Assembly: GCA_017476845.1 (NCBI GenBank)
Contig: JAFUZB010000136.1
Location: 1-24,000 of the forward strand
Reading direction: 5' to 3'
Origin: Clostridia bacterium
GTDB taxonomy: Bacteria; Bacillota; Clostridia; Christensenellales; Aristaeellaceae
DNA: 24,000 bases
Part shown: piece by piece, positions 1 to 7,938 of the stretch
Layout of the letters: each line of letters begins with the position of its first letter
Position numbering within the stretch: position 1 is the stretch's first letter
The notes under the pieces: model-generated
Told to the model about the DNA's origin: nothing
What the model saw: the letters and a program-made list of their open reading frames with translations, nothing else
Databases searched by the model: none
Translations under genes and position numbers: made by a program

Positions 1-144
1 TGTCAGCGGCGCGTCCGGGGTGACGGTGCGCGTCACAATCCAGTCGTGCGGAAGGGTCACGGGGCCATAGGCCTGCTCATCGGGCACTGTGTCACAAAGG
101 GCAAACCTCCAGCCGTCCTTCAGTTCCACCTTTTTTCTCTGCAT
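1..144 (-). CDS. 5' end (48 codons) of a glycoside hydrolase with a GH2-like N-terminus; the gene continues past the window start
   Basis: Absent from the ORF track because the window edge truncates it. The reverse complement of 1-144 reads MQRKKVELKDGWRFALCDTVPDEQAYGPVTLPHDWIVTRTVTPDAPLT. The DGWRF ... LPHDW pattern is typical of GH2 sugar-binding N-termini. An AGGAGG (155-150) sits 5 nt upstream of the ATG (144-142). Confidence 0.45.
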   Translation of the reverse strand, partial: MQRKKVELKDGWRFALCDTVPDEQAYGPVTLPHDWIVTRTVTPDAPLT

Positions 145-173
145 AGTCTCCTCCTGCTCTCGCATTCCTCCGG

Positions 174-202
174 ATTATACCCGAACCGTTCGCCATTGCG
201 AA
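174..202 (-). promoter_or_regulatory. Candidate sigma-70/SigA promoter for the GH2-like gene
   Basis: On the minus strand there is a perfect -10 TATAAT (179-174), a 17-nt spacer and a -35 TTCGCA (202-197, 4/6 match to TTGACA). The -10 lies about 30 nt upstream of the ATG at 144. Confidence 0.45.
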
Positions 203-219
203 GAGTCCCATCGACTCTT
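201..219. promoter_or_regulatory. Inverted repeat AAGAGTC-N5-GACTCTT overlapping the -35 of the candidate promoter (possible operator)
   Basis: Sequence 201-219 is AAGAGTCCCATCGACTCTT, with 7-bp arms around a 5-nt centre. It abuts and overlaps the -35 hexamer at 197-202. Confidence 0.3.
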
Positions 220-528
220 TCATGGAAGAAATAGACCCGTTTCGACCATTTTGCCTATCTCTCCCCGTGCACCGATCCAGCAGATGAACTGGGAATCGCC
301 GGCAAGAAGGCTTCATATGAAAATCTGCGGCATATTTTTCGGCTGAAACGCGACCGCGTCGCATTGGAGCCGGAAAAGGAGGGCTTGCGCCCGCCATTGC
401 CGGCACCTGTAGGGCAAGTTTCGACATTTCATCACAAAAAAGGTCGGAATCCCTGATATAACAAGGCTTCTCGACCTTATTCGGCGTGCACACAACCCGA
501 TGCGCACACGGCTATGAAGCATCGGTCC

Positions 529-1089
529 TCATGTAAGCGGGAGAACCATCCTTTCCAGGTACTGCGCGGGGACCTGCTTTGTCAGCCAGACTCCGTTCAG
601 GGACAGGTAAAATGCATACCCGTCCCGCGCCATCTTTCCGGCATCCACCAAGAAGATCGCCGGTGTTCCATGCCGCGCGCCCACATCCTGCGCCGTCCGG
701 GGATCGGAGGAGAGATGGACATACAGCCTGGATTTGGGCAAAAGACCCTCCCGCTCAATGGAGGACACATACTTTTCTCCCGTCCCGTGATACAGCGTCT
801 CGGGCGGTTGCACTTCCTTGAGCTCCACATCCACCGCAACGGAATGTCCCTGGTTCGCTCGAATGCGCGTATGGTCCTCATTAAAAGCATAGCGCTGCTT
901 ACTGTCGCTGCGGACAATCTCCTCCAGTTCCTCCCGCGTCAGCGGGTGGGTTCTGCCGACGCCGTCTAGCAGTGCCTGCACATCTGCCCATCCGTGCTCA
1001 TCCAGCGTGATCCCGATCGTCTCGGGCTTATGCCTGAGAATCAGTGCGATAAAACGACTCGTATCTTCGTGCATTCCGTGCTCCATCAT
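529..1089 (-). CDS. kptA: RNA 2'-phosphotransferase, Tpt1/KptA family (186 aa from the ATG at 1089)
   Basis: ORF 529..1182, trimmed to the internal ATG at 1089. That ATG overlaps the upstream gene's stop as ATGA. The product MMEHGMHEDTSRFIALILRHKPE...HGWADV...RYAF...RIRANQGHS...LYHGT...SRLYVHLS carries the conserved Tpt1 Arg-His-Arg-Arg catalytic motifs. The length is typical of bacterial KptA. Confidence 0.85.
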   Translation of the reverse strand: MMEHGMHEDTSRFIALILRHKPETIGITLDEHGWADVQALLDGVGRTHPLTREELEEIVRSDSKQRYAFNEDHTRIRANQGHSVAVDVELKEVQPPETLYHGTGEKYVSSIEREGLLPKSRLYVHLSSDPRTAQDVGARHGTPAIFLVDAGKMARDGYAFYLSLNGVWLTKQVPAQYLERMVLPLT

Positions 1090-1958
1090 ACATCCCGCCC
1101 TTCCGCCGGGAAGGTCTTCTCCATCTCCTCGCGCTGCCTTGCCCTCCACTCCGGGCTCATCCACTCGCAGGGTGCCGACCACTCCGGCATGCCGGGCAGC
1201 GAAAGTCCGCCGTCAATGCGGACCTTCTCCCCGGTGATATAGCTGCTCTTCTCCGAGCAAAGGAACTCGGCCAGGTAGGCCACATCCTCGGGCTTTCCCA
1301 TCCTCCCCAGCGGGATCGTGTCCTCAATGGGCCAGTAGGGATGACCGTTCACGATCTCCCCCGCCTTGGCATCGTGGGTCTGCCAGGGCCGAACCAGGGT
1401 CGCGCCCGGCTCAATGCAGTTGACCCGGATCCCATAGGGCGAGAGGTCCAGGGCCATCGATTCGGCTGCGCGCTCAATCGCCGCCTTGAGACCGCCATAG
1501 AGGAAGTCATCCGGGTGCGGGGATATCGCGCGGGTAGAGGTGATAAACACGATGCTCCCCCGTTTTTCCGAGCGCACCATGTATCTGGCGCACTCCCCCG
1601 CGGCCATGAGATAGCCGAGAAAATTGCTGCTCACCAGACGCTGCATCTCCGCGCGCGTGGTCGTGAGGATCGAATGCCTGCCGTCCCCGGCCGCATTGCT
1701 CACAAAGGCGTCCAGACCGCCCATGCAGCCGATCGCCTCCCGCACCATCCGCTCCGGTGCGCCTTCCTCCTCCAGATGGGCCTCCAGCACATGGCAGGTG
1801 CCGCCAAACGCTTCAATCGCGCGCTTTGTTTTCTCCGCGCCCTCCGGGTGGGTCCGGTAGGTGAAGGTGACCTCCCAGCCCGTGCGCGCCATATGGATCG
1901 CGATCCCCTGGCCGATACCGCTGGATCCGCCCGATACCAGAACCTTCTTCACAGGCAT
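1086..1958 (-). CDS. Short-chain dehydrogenase/reductase (SDR), substrate unknown, with a C-terminal extension of about 40 aa
   Basis: N-terminal Rossmann motif VLVSGGSSGIGQGIA, the NAAG motif, the catalytic YGGLK (YxxxK), and PG..T and ITGE...IDGG near the C-terminus. GGAAGGAGA lies directly upstream of the ATG. The gene starts 9 nt after the upstream ManD stop. Confidence 0.9.
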   Translation of the reverse strand: MPVKKVLVSGGSSGIGQGIAIHMARTGWEVTFTYRTHPEGAEKTKRAIEAFGGTCHVLEAHLEEEGAPERMVREAIGCMGGLDAFVSNAAGDGRHSILTTTRAEMQRLVSSNFLGYLMAAGECARYMVRSEKRGSIVFITSTRAISPHPDDFLYGGLKAAIERAAESMALDLSPYGIRVNCIEPGATLVRPWQTHDAKAGEIVNGHPYWPIEDTIPLGRMGKPEDVAYLAEFLCSEKSSYITGEKVRIDGGLSLPGMPEWSAPCEWMSPEWRARQREEMEKTFPAEGRDV

Positions 1959-1967
1959 TCTCCTTCC

Positions 1968-3182
1968 TCAGGGCCGCTGCAGCGTCCCGTCCGGCCTGCG
2001 GCAGTTCGTCCATGTCGGAAGCGCCTCCGAGCACGGGAACTTCGCCGCAAGCTTCTCGTCAATGTCGATCCCAAGGCCCGGCTTGTCGTTGACATACACA
2101 TAGCCGCGCCTGAGCTCCGGACAGCCGGGGAACACATCCTCCAGCTCCGGCGTGAGCCCCGCCCACTCCTGAATGCCGAAGTTCCAGCTGCTCAGGTCCA
2201 GGTGCAGATTGGCCACGTGCCCGATCGGGGAGACATCCCCCGGGCCGTGCCAGGCCGTGCGCACCCCGAAGGCCTCGCACACATGCGCAAGCTTCTTTGC
2301 CGGGGTGATGCCGCCGATCTGCGAGATATGGCAGCGCACATAGTCGATGAGCCGGTCCTGAATGAGGGGCAGGTATTCACTGGGATTGTTAAAGAGCTCA
2401 CCCATCGCCATCGGGGTGCAGGTCTGCTGGCGCATCTGGCGGAACCATGCGCCCTGCTCGGGCGAAAGGGCATCCTCCAGGAAGAAGAGACGGTAGGGCT
2501 CCAGCTCCTTGGCCAGACGGATCGCCTCGGTGGGCTCCAGATGCTCATGGACATCGTGGCACAGTTCCACGTTGTAGCCGAACCTTTCGCGCATGGCGGC
2601 AAAGAGCTCCACCACCGACAGCTGATAGGTCAGCGGGTCATAGTAGGCCCCAAGGCAGGCGCCTTCCGGCTTCATGCGCTCCAGGTGCTGCCGCTCCCCG
2701 CCGTTTCCGCCGTATCCTCCGAACTGTACGCGGACCACCTGCACGCCATCCTCCAGGAAGGCCTGCACCCTGTCGCCGACCTCCTCCATGGTCCGGCCGT
2801 CGGCATGGCGGTAGACGCGCACCGCCTCCCGCACCTTGCCGCCCAGGAGCTCATAGACCGGAAGCCCCGCGCGCTTGCCCGCGATGTCCCAGAGCGCCTC
2901 GTCCACACCCGAGAGGGCATTATTGAGGACAGGACCGTTTCTCCAGTAGGGCGATACGGTCACCGTCTGCCAGATGTCCTCGATCCGCGTCGGGTCCTTG
3001 CCCACCAGAAGCGGCTTCATATAGTGCTCGATCTCGTAGGCCACCGTCATCCATCTCTGGGTGTAGGTCGCGCAGCCCACGCCGTAGAGTCCCGCATCGC
3101 TCGTCTCCACCTTGACCACCACCAGGGGAATCCCCTGGGGCGCCGTGCACACCGCACGGACATCGGTAATGGTAAGTGCCAT
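1968..3182 (-). CDS. Enolase-superfamily dehydratase, D-mannonate dehydratase (ManD) subgroup
   Basis: ORF 1968..3197. I prefer the ATG at 3182 (MALTITDV...) because GAGGAGA sits about 7 nt upstream. The N-terminal capping domain reads ITDV...VKVETSDAGLYGVGCAT. The barrel carries metal-ligand motifs CHDVHEH (Asp plus His), FFLEDAL (Glu) and AMGELF (Glu), as in ManD/galactonate-dehydratase-like proteins. Confidence 0.85.
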   Translation of the reverse strand: MALTITDVRAVCTAPQGIPLVVVKVETSDAGLYGVGCATYTQRWMTVAYEIEHYMKPLLVGKDPTRIEDIWQTVTVSPYWRNGPVLNNALSGVDEALWDIAGKRAGLPVYELLGGKVREAVRVYRHADGRTMEEVGDRVQAFLEDGVQVVRVQFGGYGGNGGERQHLERMKPEGACLGAYYDPLTYQLSVVELFAAMRERFGYNVELCHDVHEHLEPTEAIRLAKELEPYRLFFLEDALSPEQGAWFRQMRQQTCTPMAMGELFNNPSEYLPLIQDRLIDYVRCHISQIGGITPAKKLAHVCEAFGVRTAWHGPGDVSPIGHVANLHLDLSSWNFGIQEWAGLTPELEDVFPGCPELRRGYVYVNDKPGLGIDIDEKLAAKFPCSEALPTWTNCRRPDGTLQRP

Positions 3183-3239
3183 TTGCATTCTCCTCACTCA
3201 ATAACGGCAGGGATGCCTGCGCACCCCTGCCGTGAAAAA

Positions 3240-6200
3240 TCAGTAGACCACCTTGATGGTGCGAATCTTGAAGGGAGTGAATACGATGCGCTCGCCCTCG
3301 CCGATTTCACTGAGCTCTTCCTCGAGCATATTGCAGTCATAGAGCTTTTTGACCGGATGTGAAAAGGTAAGCTTCGCTCCCGCATAGCCGCCCGTGGCCT
3401 CGTACAGGCGCAGGATATAGGCATGCTGGGTATCCTCGCAGGGCTTGACCGTCTCGATCATCACGTTCTCGCTGTCCACCGTGACCAGGCTCTCCGCCTT
3501 CGCACCGCCCCGGACCTGCACAGGCAGGTAGTTGAAGGCATATGCCGGGCGTACGACGCTCTGGGCAGAGAAGCTGCTGTCGTGGGGCAGGATCGCATAG
3601 CGGCACACATGCACGCCGTGGTCACCCTTGTCGTCCGGACGCAAGCCGCCCTTGTGCAGGCTCAGGCGCATGCTGCCGCCGCACACGGAGATGCCGTACT
3701 TGCTGTCGTTGAGGACGGCGAAGCCGTAGTTGGTCTCGGACAGGTCCGAATATTTGTGGTTGCAGACCTCAAAGCGGGCCTTCTCCACGGAAGTCGAGCG
3801 GGTGTTGGTGCGGCGGATGCAGCCGAACTGGATCTCGTTGCGCACGCCGTCGGCGCGAAGAGCGGTATCGAAGGCAACCTTGAGGAAGCGATGATCGTCC
3901 TGCCAGTCCATGACCGTCTCAAAGGAGACGAGCGGGGAGGCGGCATCGAAAATCATATCCTGGGTGATGCTGGTCTTTCCGGTAATCTCATACTTGGAGC
4001 GGATGCGCAGCTCGACGCTTCCGCAGGCGACCACCTCGCGGGAGATAAGGCGACCCACCGGGGCAAACTTCTCCTCCTCGTCGGCATCGATATCCCAGTT
4101 GTCCCAGCCGGCAGGCATATCCTCTGTCATGACAAAGGTGTTGAAGGGAAGACCGCCCACCAGCTCGCGGCCGTTCCTGCGGTCCACAAAGGAGGTCATG
4201 GCGCCGTTTTCATTGAACGCAATCTCGGCAAAGGGCGTGGTCAGATGGCTGCCGTCGAAATGGAAGGGTACGGGAGCCTGGGTGGCTTCCCCGGGCGTGA
4301 CCGTCACGCTGCCAAAGGCGGGAAGGGTAAGGCCGCTCACAGCCGTCTTTTCCTTGCCGCAAAGGTCCGTGAAGGCCTGGGCCTTTGCCCCCGCAACGCC
4401 CGGGAAGGCACCGTCCAGATAGACGGTTTCGGTGCGCGCAAAGGAGGTGGGATTGTAGATTTCCAGCTCTTCGCCTTTTCCGCCAAGGACAGCCTGCGTC
4501 TTGGCATCAGCCTGCGCGATCGCATCGCCCACCGCCTTGTAGGCCTTCTCGTGCACGGAATGGATGCAGGTGCCGGGAAGAATATCATGGAACTGGTGCA
4601 CCAGCATGGTGTTCATGAGCGGGGCCACGGGCGTCTCGTCGGCGTCCACTCCTTCCCGGACCGCCTTGTGGACGATAGCCAGCTCCAGGTTATGCAGGGC
4701 GATCTCGCAGAAGCGGTTATTGTGCTTGATCGTATGCTGATTGGTCAGCGTACCGCGGTGCAGCTCCAGGTAGAGTTCGCCCGCATACACCGTGGGCTCG
4801 ACCATGGTCTTCTCCAGCTCCTGCATGAAGGCGGACACGGAGGTATAGCCGCTGCGCGCCGTGCCCTCCAGGTCCGACAGGCGCCGTGCGCTCTCCAGCA
4901 TCTCAAACTCGGGGCCGCCGCCGCCGTCTCCCTTGCCGAAGGAGAACAGGCGCATGGGGGTGACGCGCTTTTCCATCATGCCGTCCCCGCCGTAGGTCTC
5001 CAGGTGATAGCTCTCCGGATCCGGGCCGATATGGGTGCGGTTGAAGTGGGTGAGCACGCGCGTTCCGTCAATGCCCTCCCACAGGAAGGAGGTCAGCGGG
5101 AAGACGTTGGTGTCGTTCCACGCGATCTTGGTGGTCAGGAAGTAGTTGACGCCGCAGCCCTTCATGATCTGCGGGATCGCAAAGGAATAGCCGAAGGTAT
5201 CCGGCAGCCAGAAGCAGTCGGAGGTAAAGCCGAAATACTTGCGGGTAAAGCGCTGGCCCCACAGGAACTGGCGGATCATGTACTCGCCGCCGGTGAGGTT
5301 GCAGTCGCACTCGACCCACACGCCGCCGTTGGGCTCATAGCGCCCGGTGGCCACCGCCGCGCGGATGCGCTCAAAGAGCTCCGGATAGTCCCTGCGCAGC
5401 CACTCGGAGTGGAAGGCGGAGGACTGGATGAAGCGGTACTCGGGGTACTCGTCCATCAGGTTCAGCTGGTTGGCATAGGTCCGGGCACACTTTTTCTCGG
5501 TCTCCGTCATCGGCCAGATCCAGGCGGTATCCATGTGGCTGTGTCCGATGAGTCCGATGTAGGGTGCGGTGTCCCCGTTCTTCTTTACGAGCTGCGCCTG
5601 GAGGATGGGCCAGGCGGCGCGAAGACCCGAGCGGAACTCCTCCTCGGTGCAGGTGTCGGGATCATAGTAGAGGACGCGGTGGGCCTGAAGCAGGGCGTTC
5701 TCCACCTCGGCCCTGCGGAAGGAATCCTTGGGCAGGGAGCGGCGCAGGGACAGGAGGGTCTTCAGGTCAAAGAGGAAGCCGAAGTATTCCTCATCGCGCA
5801 CACACACGTCGGTCGTGTCGACCTTGTAGGTGTAGTCGCGGATGCGCTCATCCTGCAAGGGCTGGGTGCCGGGCATGTCATGCCAGGCATAGCACTCCAG
5901 GGCGAAATCGAATTTCTCGCCGGCCTTAACGTCCGTGGCAAAGCGGTTGCACCAGTGGTTGCCGTGGGAGCCCTCGTTGAACTTGGCGGCATAGTTGGAA
6001 TGGATCCTCCCGTTGACCCACAGCGTGCTCTCAAAGAACGCAATGTGCGGGAAGAGGAAAAGATCGCGGCCCGCAAGCGTCTCCGGCACCGTATAGTCCA
6101 GAAGGAACCAGGCATACATGCCCTCTCCGCCCCATGTTTCCGGCACCGGCCCAAAGAGCGAAGCGTCCGGCATGTGATTGATGGGTTCCGTTGTCTGGTA

Positions 6201-6311
6201 GCACGCCCGGAGCGCAGCCTGGCCTACGGGGGTGAAGATCATGTCGCGCAGCGATTCACAGAGTCTGTCGAGCTTTCTCGCTGTCTGGTCCATGCTTCTG
6301 TCTGTCTGCAT
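3240..6311 (-). CDS. GH38 alpha-mannosidase (1023 aa), cytoplasmic
   Basis: GH38 N-terminal catalytic motifs are present: GHSHMDTAWIWP (metal-binding His/Asp) and FWLPDTFGYS (nucleophile Asp region), then the middle and C-terminal GH38 domains. There is no signal peptide. AAGGAGGA lies 9 nt upstream of the ATG at 6311. Confidence 0.93.
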   Translation of the reverse strand: MQTDRSMDQTARKLDRLCESLRDMIFTPVGQAALRACYQTTEPINHMPDASLFGPVPETWGGEGMYAWFLLDYTVPETLAGRDLFLFPHIAFFESTLWVNGRIHSNYAAKFNEGSHGNHWCNRFATDVKAGEKFDFALECYAWHDMPGTQPLQDERIRDYTYKVDTTDVCVRDEEYFGFLFDLKTLLSLRRSLPKDSFRRAEVENALLQAHRVLYYDPDTCTEEEFRSGLRAAWPILQAQLVKKNGDTAPYIGLIGHSHMDTAWIWPMTETEKKCARTYANQLNLMDEYPEYRFIQSSAFHSEWLRRDYPELFERIRAAVATGRYEPNGGVWVECDCNLTGGEYMIRQFLWGQRFTRKYFGFTSDCFWLPDTFGYSFAIPQIMKGCGVNYFLTTKIAWNDTNVFPLTSFLWEGIDGTRVLTHFNRTHIGPDPESYHLETYGGDGMMEKRVTPMRLFSFGKGDGGGGPEFEMLESARRLSDLEGTARSGYTSVSAFMQELEKTMVEPTVYAGELYLELHRGTLTNQHTIKHNNRFCEIALHNLELAIVHKAVREGVDADETPVAPLMNTMLVHQFHDILPGTCIHSVHEKAYKAVGDAIAQADAKTQAVLGGKGEELEIYNPTSFARTETVYLDGAFPGVAGAKAQAFTDLCGKEKTAVSGLTLPAFGSVTVTPGEATQAPVPFHFDGSHLTTPFAEIAFNENGAMTSFVDRRNGRELVGGLPFNTFVMTEDMPAGWDNWDIDADEEEKFAPVGRLISREVVACGSVELRIRSKYEITGKTSITQDMIFDAASPLVSFETVMDWQDDHRFLKVAFDTALRADGVRNEIQFGCIRRTNTRSTSVEKARFEVCNHKYSDLSETNYGFAVLNDSKYGISVCGGSMRLSLHKGGLRPDDKGDHGVHVCRYAILPHDSSFSAQSVVRPAYAFNYLPVQVRGGAKAESLVTVDSENVMIETVKPCEDTQHAYILRLYEATGGYAGAKLTFSHPVKKLYDCNMLEEELSEIGEGERIVFTPFKIRTIKVVY

Positions 6312-6396
6312 ACGGGGAAGTCCTCCTTCAAATAATGATTCATATAGTGATTCCCATGATTCCTCAGGGGATTTTTTTCTTATGTGTACTGGTCCC

Positions 6397-7563
6397 TCAT
6401 CCGCGCACGGGCCCGGTGGTATTTCCCACGCTCAGCTGCATGGGAATGATCTTGGGTTCGTGCACGCGCAGGGGATCGGTCAGCCCCTGGTAGAGCTCCT
6501 CGCCTACCGCGCGGCCGATGCCCGCATAGTCCTGGGCGACGCTGGTGATGACCCGCGTCATATGGACCGTCACCCACTCGGAGCGGTCAAAGCCGCAGAT
6601 GCTCATATCCTCGGGCACGCGTATGCCCATCTCCAGGCAGCGCTGCATCACCTCGTAGGCGATGCCGTCATGCTCGCAGACAATGGCGGTCGCGCCGTTT
6701 GCGCGCAGGCGGGAGATCACGGAGGAGAGCGAGTCGGGATCCTCGGGGCGCAGCATGCGCGCCTCCTGCGTCATGCGCATGTAGACCAGGTCCTGCTCGG
6801 GGTGAATCCCCGCCCGGGACAGGCCCAGCAGGTACCCGGAATACCGGTCCGAGATCGTCACCCGCTCCTCGGTGGTGATGCCGCTTAGGAACGCGATGCG
6901 CTTGTGACCCAGCGAGATGAGATGGGCCATCAGGTCCAAGCTGCCCTGCAGGTTGTTGGACGAAACACTCGCCAAATGCTTGCAGGGACTCGGAATATCC
7001 ATGAGCACCACCGGCTTTCCGTCGAGCATGAGCCGGTCGACGATCTCCTGGTGGATATTGCTGGTGTACGGATAGTAGGCCACGCCCGCCACATTCATCT
7101 GGGCCAGGCGGCTGAGGATATAGCGCGCACGGTTCTCCCCGGTATCCTCGGAGATGAAGATGCTCGTCATGCAGCCGTGCTCATTAAGATAGGTAGAGGC
7201 TGCCTGATAGGTCTGGGTAAGACCGGTGCGGGTGATATTAAAAGGAAGCACAAAGGCAAAGAGCGGATTGTTCGCTACCTGCACCCCCGGGGTCGATTCA
7301 TCCAGGGCGTTCTTCTGGTAGATATCCGCGCATACGAAGCTGCCCACGCCGCGCTTCCTGTAGAGGATACCGCGGCTCTCCAGCTCGGAGAGGGCGCGCC
7401 GGACCGTGATGCGGCTGACGCCGTACTTTTCCATGAGGTCACTCTCTGTGCAGATGGGCTTGTCAAAGGAAAAGGAGCCTGCACGGATCTGGTCCGTGAT
7501 GGCATCCATGATCGTCTGGTACAAAAGCTTTCCGGACGTCGTCTGCGGGTTCTGGTCATTCAA
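6397..7563 (-). CDS. Transcriptional regulator: GntR-type winged HTH fused to a LacI/PBP1-type sugar-binding domain (AraR-like architecture)
   Basis: The N-terminus LLYQTIMDAITDQIRAG...ESDLMEKYGVSRITVRRALSELESRGILYRKRGVGSFV is a GntR HTH. The remaining roughly 300 aa resemble a periplasmic-binding-protein fold (VAGVAYYP, VVLMD, HKRIAFLSG, ATAIVCEHD). The start codon is TTG (7563-7561). The next in-frame ATG would remove the start of the HTH domain. Confidence 0.88.
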   Translation of the reverse strand: MNDQNPQTTSGKLLYQTIMDAITDQIRAGSFSFDKPICTESDLMEKYGVSRITVRRALSELESRGILYRKRGVGSFVCADIYQKNALDESTPGVQVANNPLFAFVLPFNITRTGLTQTYQAASTYLNEHGCMTSIFISEDTGENRARYILSRLAQMNVAGVAYYPYTSNIHQEIVDRLMLDGKPVVLMDIPSPCKHLASVSSNNLQGSLDLMAHLISLGHKRIAFLSGITTEERVTISDRYSGYLLGLSRAGIHPEQDLVYMRMTQEARMLRPEDPDSLSSVISRLRANGATAIVCEHDGIAYEVMQRCLEMGIRVPEDMSICGFDRSEWVTVHMTRVITSVAQDYAGIGRAVGEELYQGLTDPLRVHEPKIIPMQLSVGNTTGPVRG

Positions 7564-7780
7564 TGTCTCCAGGCCCTCCTTTCCTCCGCCATAGATGGCA
7601 GTGTGTTTTTTTCATTCTGTCCGGGCAAGCACAGCGGATGCTCTCCCGCGGCAAACGCAGAGGGTACCCCTTCCCGCGCTGTCCATAGGATAAACGCCGC
7701 TTTGTATATGGCTTCCGGATCTTTCGAATGTATTCTAAGCGATTTCATACGAAAAAGCAATTATCATATCAAATTATATC

Positions 7781-7817
7781 AGAATGGCCATTCTTTTGTA
7801 TTGCAAAATAGTACAAA
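7781..7817. promoter_or_regulatory. Candidate operators in the divergent control region: a perfect 14-bp palindrome and a TTTGTA-N11-TACAAA inverted repeat
   Basis: AGAATGGCCATTCT (7781-7794) is a perfect palindrome. It is immediately followed by TTTGTA (7795-7800) and TACAAA (7812-7817). The TGTA/TACA half-sites resemble GntR/AraR-type operators. Confidence 0.4.
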
Positions 7818-7872
7818 GCATGGAAATTTGTCGTTTTTGACCAGTTTTTTGTGAATTTTGTCCTGTTTGCTA

Positions 7873-7901
7873 TTGACAACATCTTCCAGCACGCATATGC
7901 T
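7873..7901 (+). promoter_or_regulatory. Candidate promoter of the ABC transporter/GH3/GH95 operon
   Basis: Perfect -35 TTGACA (7873-7878), a 17-nt spacer and -10 TATGCT (7896-7901). It lies about 38 nt upstream of the permease ATG at 7939. Confidence 0.5.
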
Positions 7902-7938
7902 TGATATAACAAATTCAGAACTTAAGGAGATGTCGAGC

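Noticed and set aside
239-425. Repeated 8-mer GTTTCGAC (239-246 and 418-425), plus other TCGAC occurrences in the gap
   Set aside because: About one identical 8-mer pair is expected by chance in about 380 bp. Only the TCGAC within the 201-219 inverted repeat has structural context.
92-522. ORFs of 62-133 aa in the 145-528 gap (46-234+, 89-346+, 92-493-, 313-522-)
   Set aside because: They lack an RBS, have odd composition, overlap each other and overlap the GH2-like start in the wrong frame. I treat the region as non-coding.
1341-3362. 673-aa ORF on the plus strand
   Set aside because: It lies antisense to the SDR and ManD genes. It is Arg/Ala/His/Pro-rich and low in complexity, has no motifs, and spans two real genes on the other strand.
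3423-6335. 970-aa ORF on the plus strand
   Set aside because: It lies antisense to the well-supported GH38 gene. Its composition is Ala/Gly/Leu/Arg/His/Val-rich with no recognisable domain. This is a typical shadow ORF in about 65% G+C DNA.
6340-6396. Possible terminator or promoter between the regulator gene and GH38 (GGGGA followed by TTTTTTT on the plus strand; GATTCC x2)
   Set aside because: The T-run is on the wrong strand for the minus-strand genes, and the stem is short and imperfect. I could not identify a convincing -35/-10 pair, so read-through from the regulator gene remains possible.
6232-7854. 218-aa and 316-aa plus-strand ORFs over the regulator gene
   Set aside because: They lie antisense to the GntR/PBP1 regulator. 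Composition is biased and no motifs are present.
7858-7938. Upstream TTG start for the first permease, as given in the ORF track
   Set aside because: It has no SD, and the added 27 residues are not membrane-protein-like. The ATG at 7939 has AAGGAGA at a proper distance.
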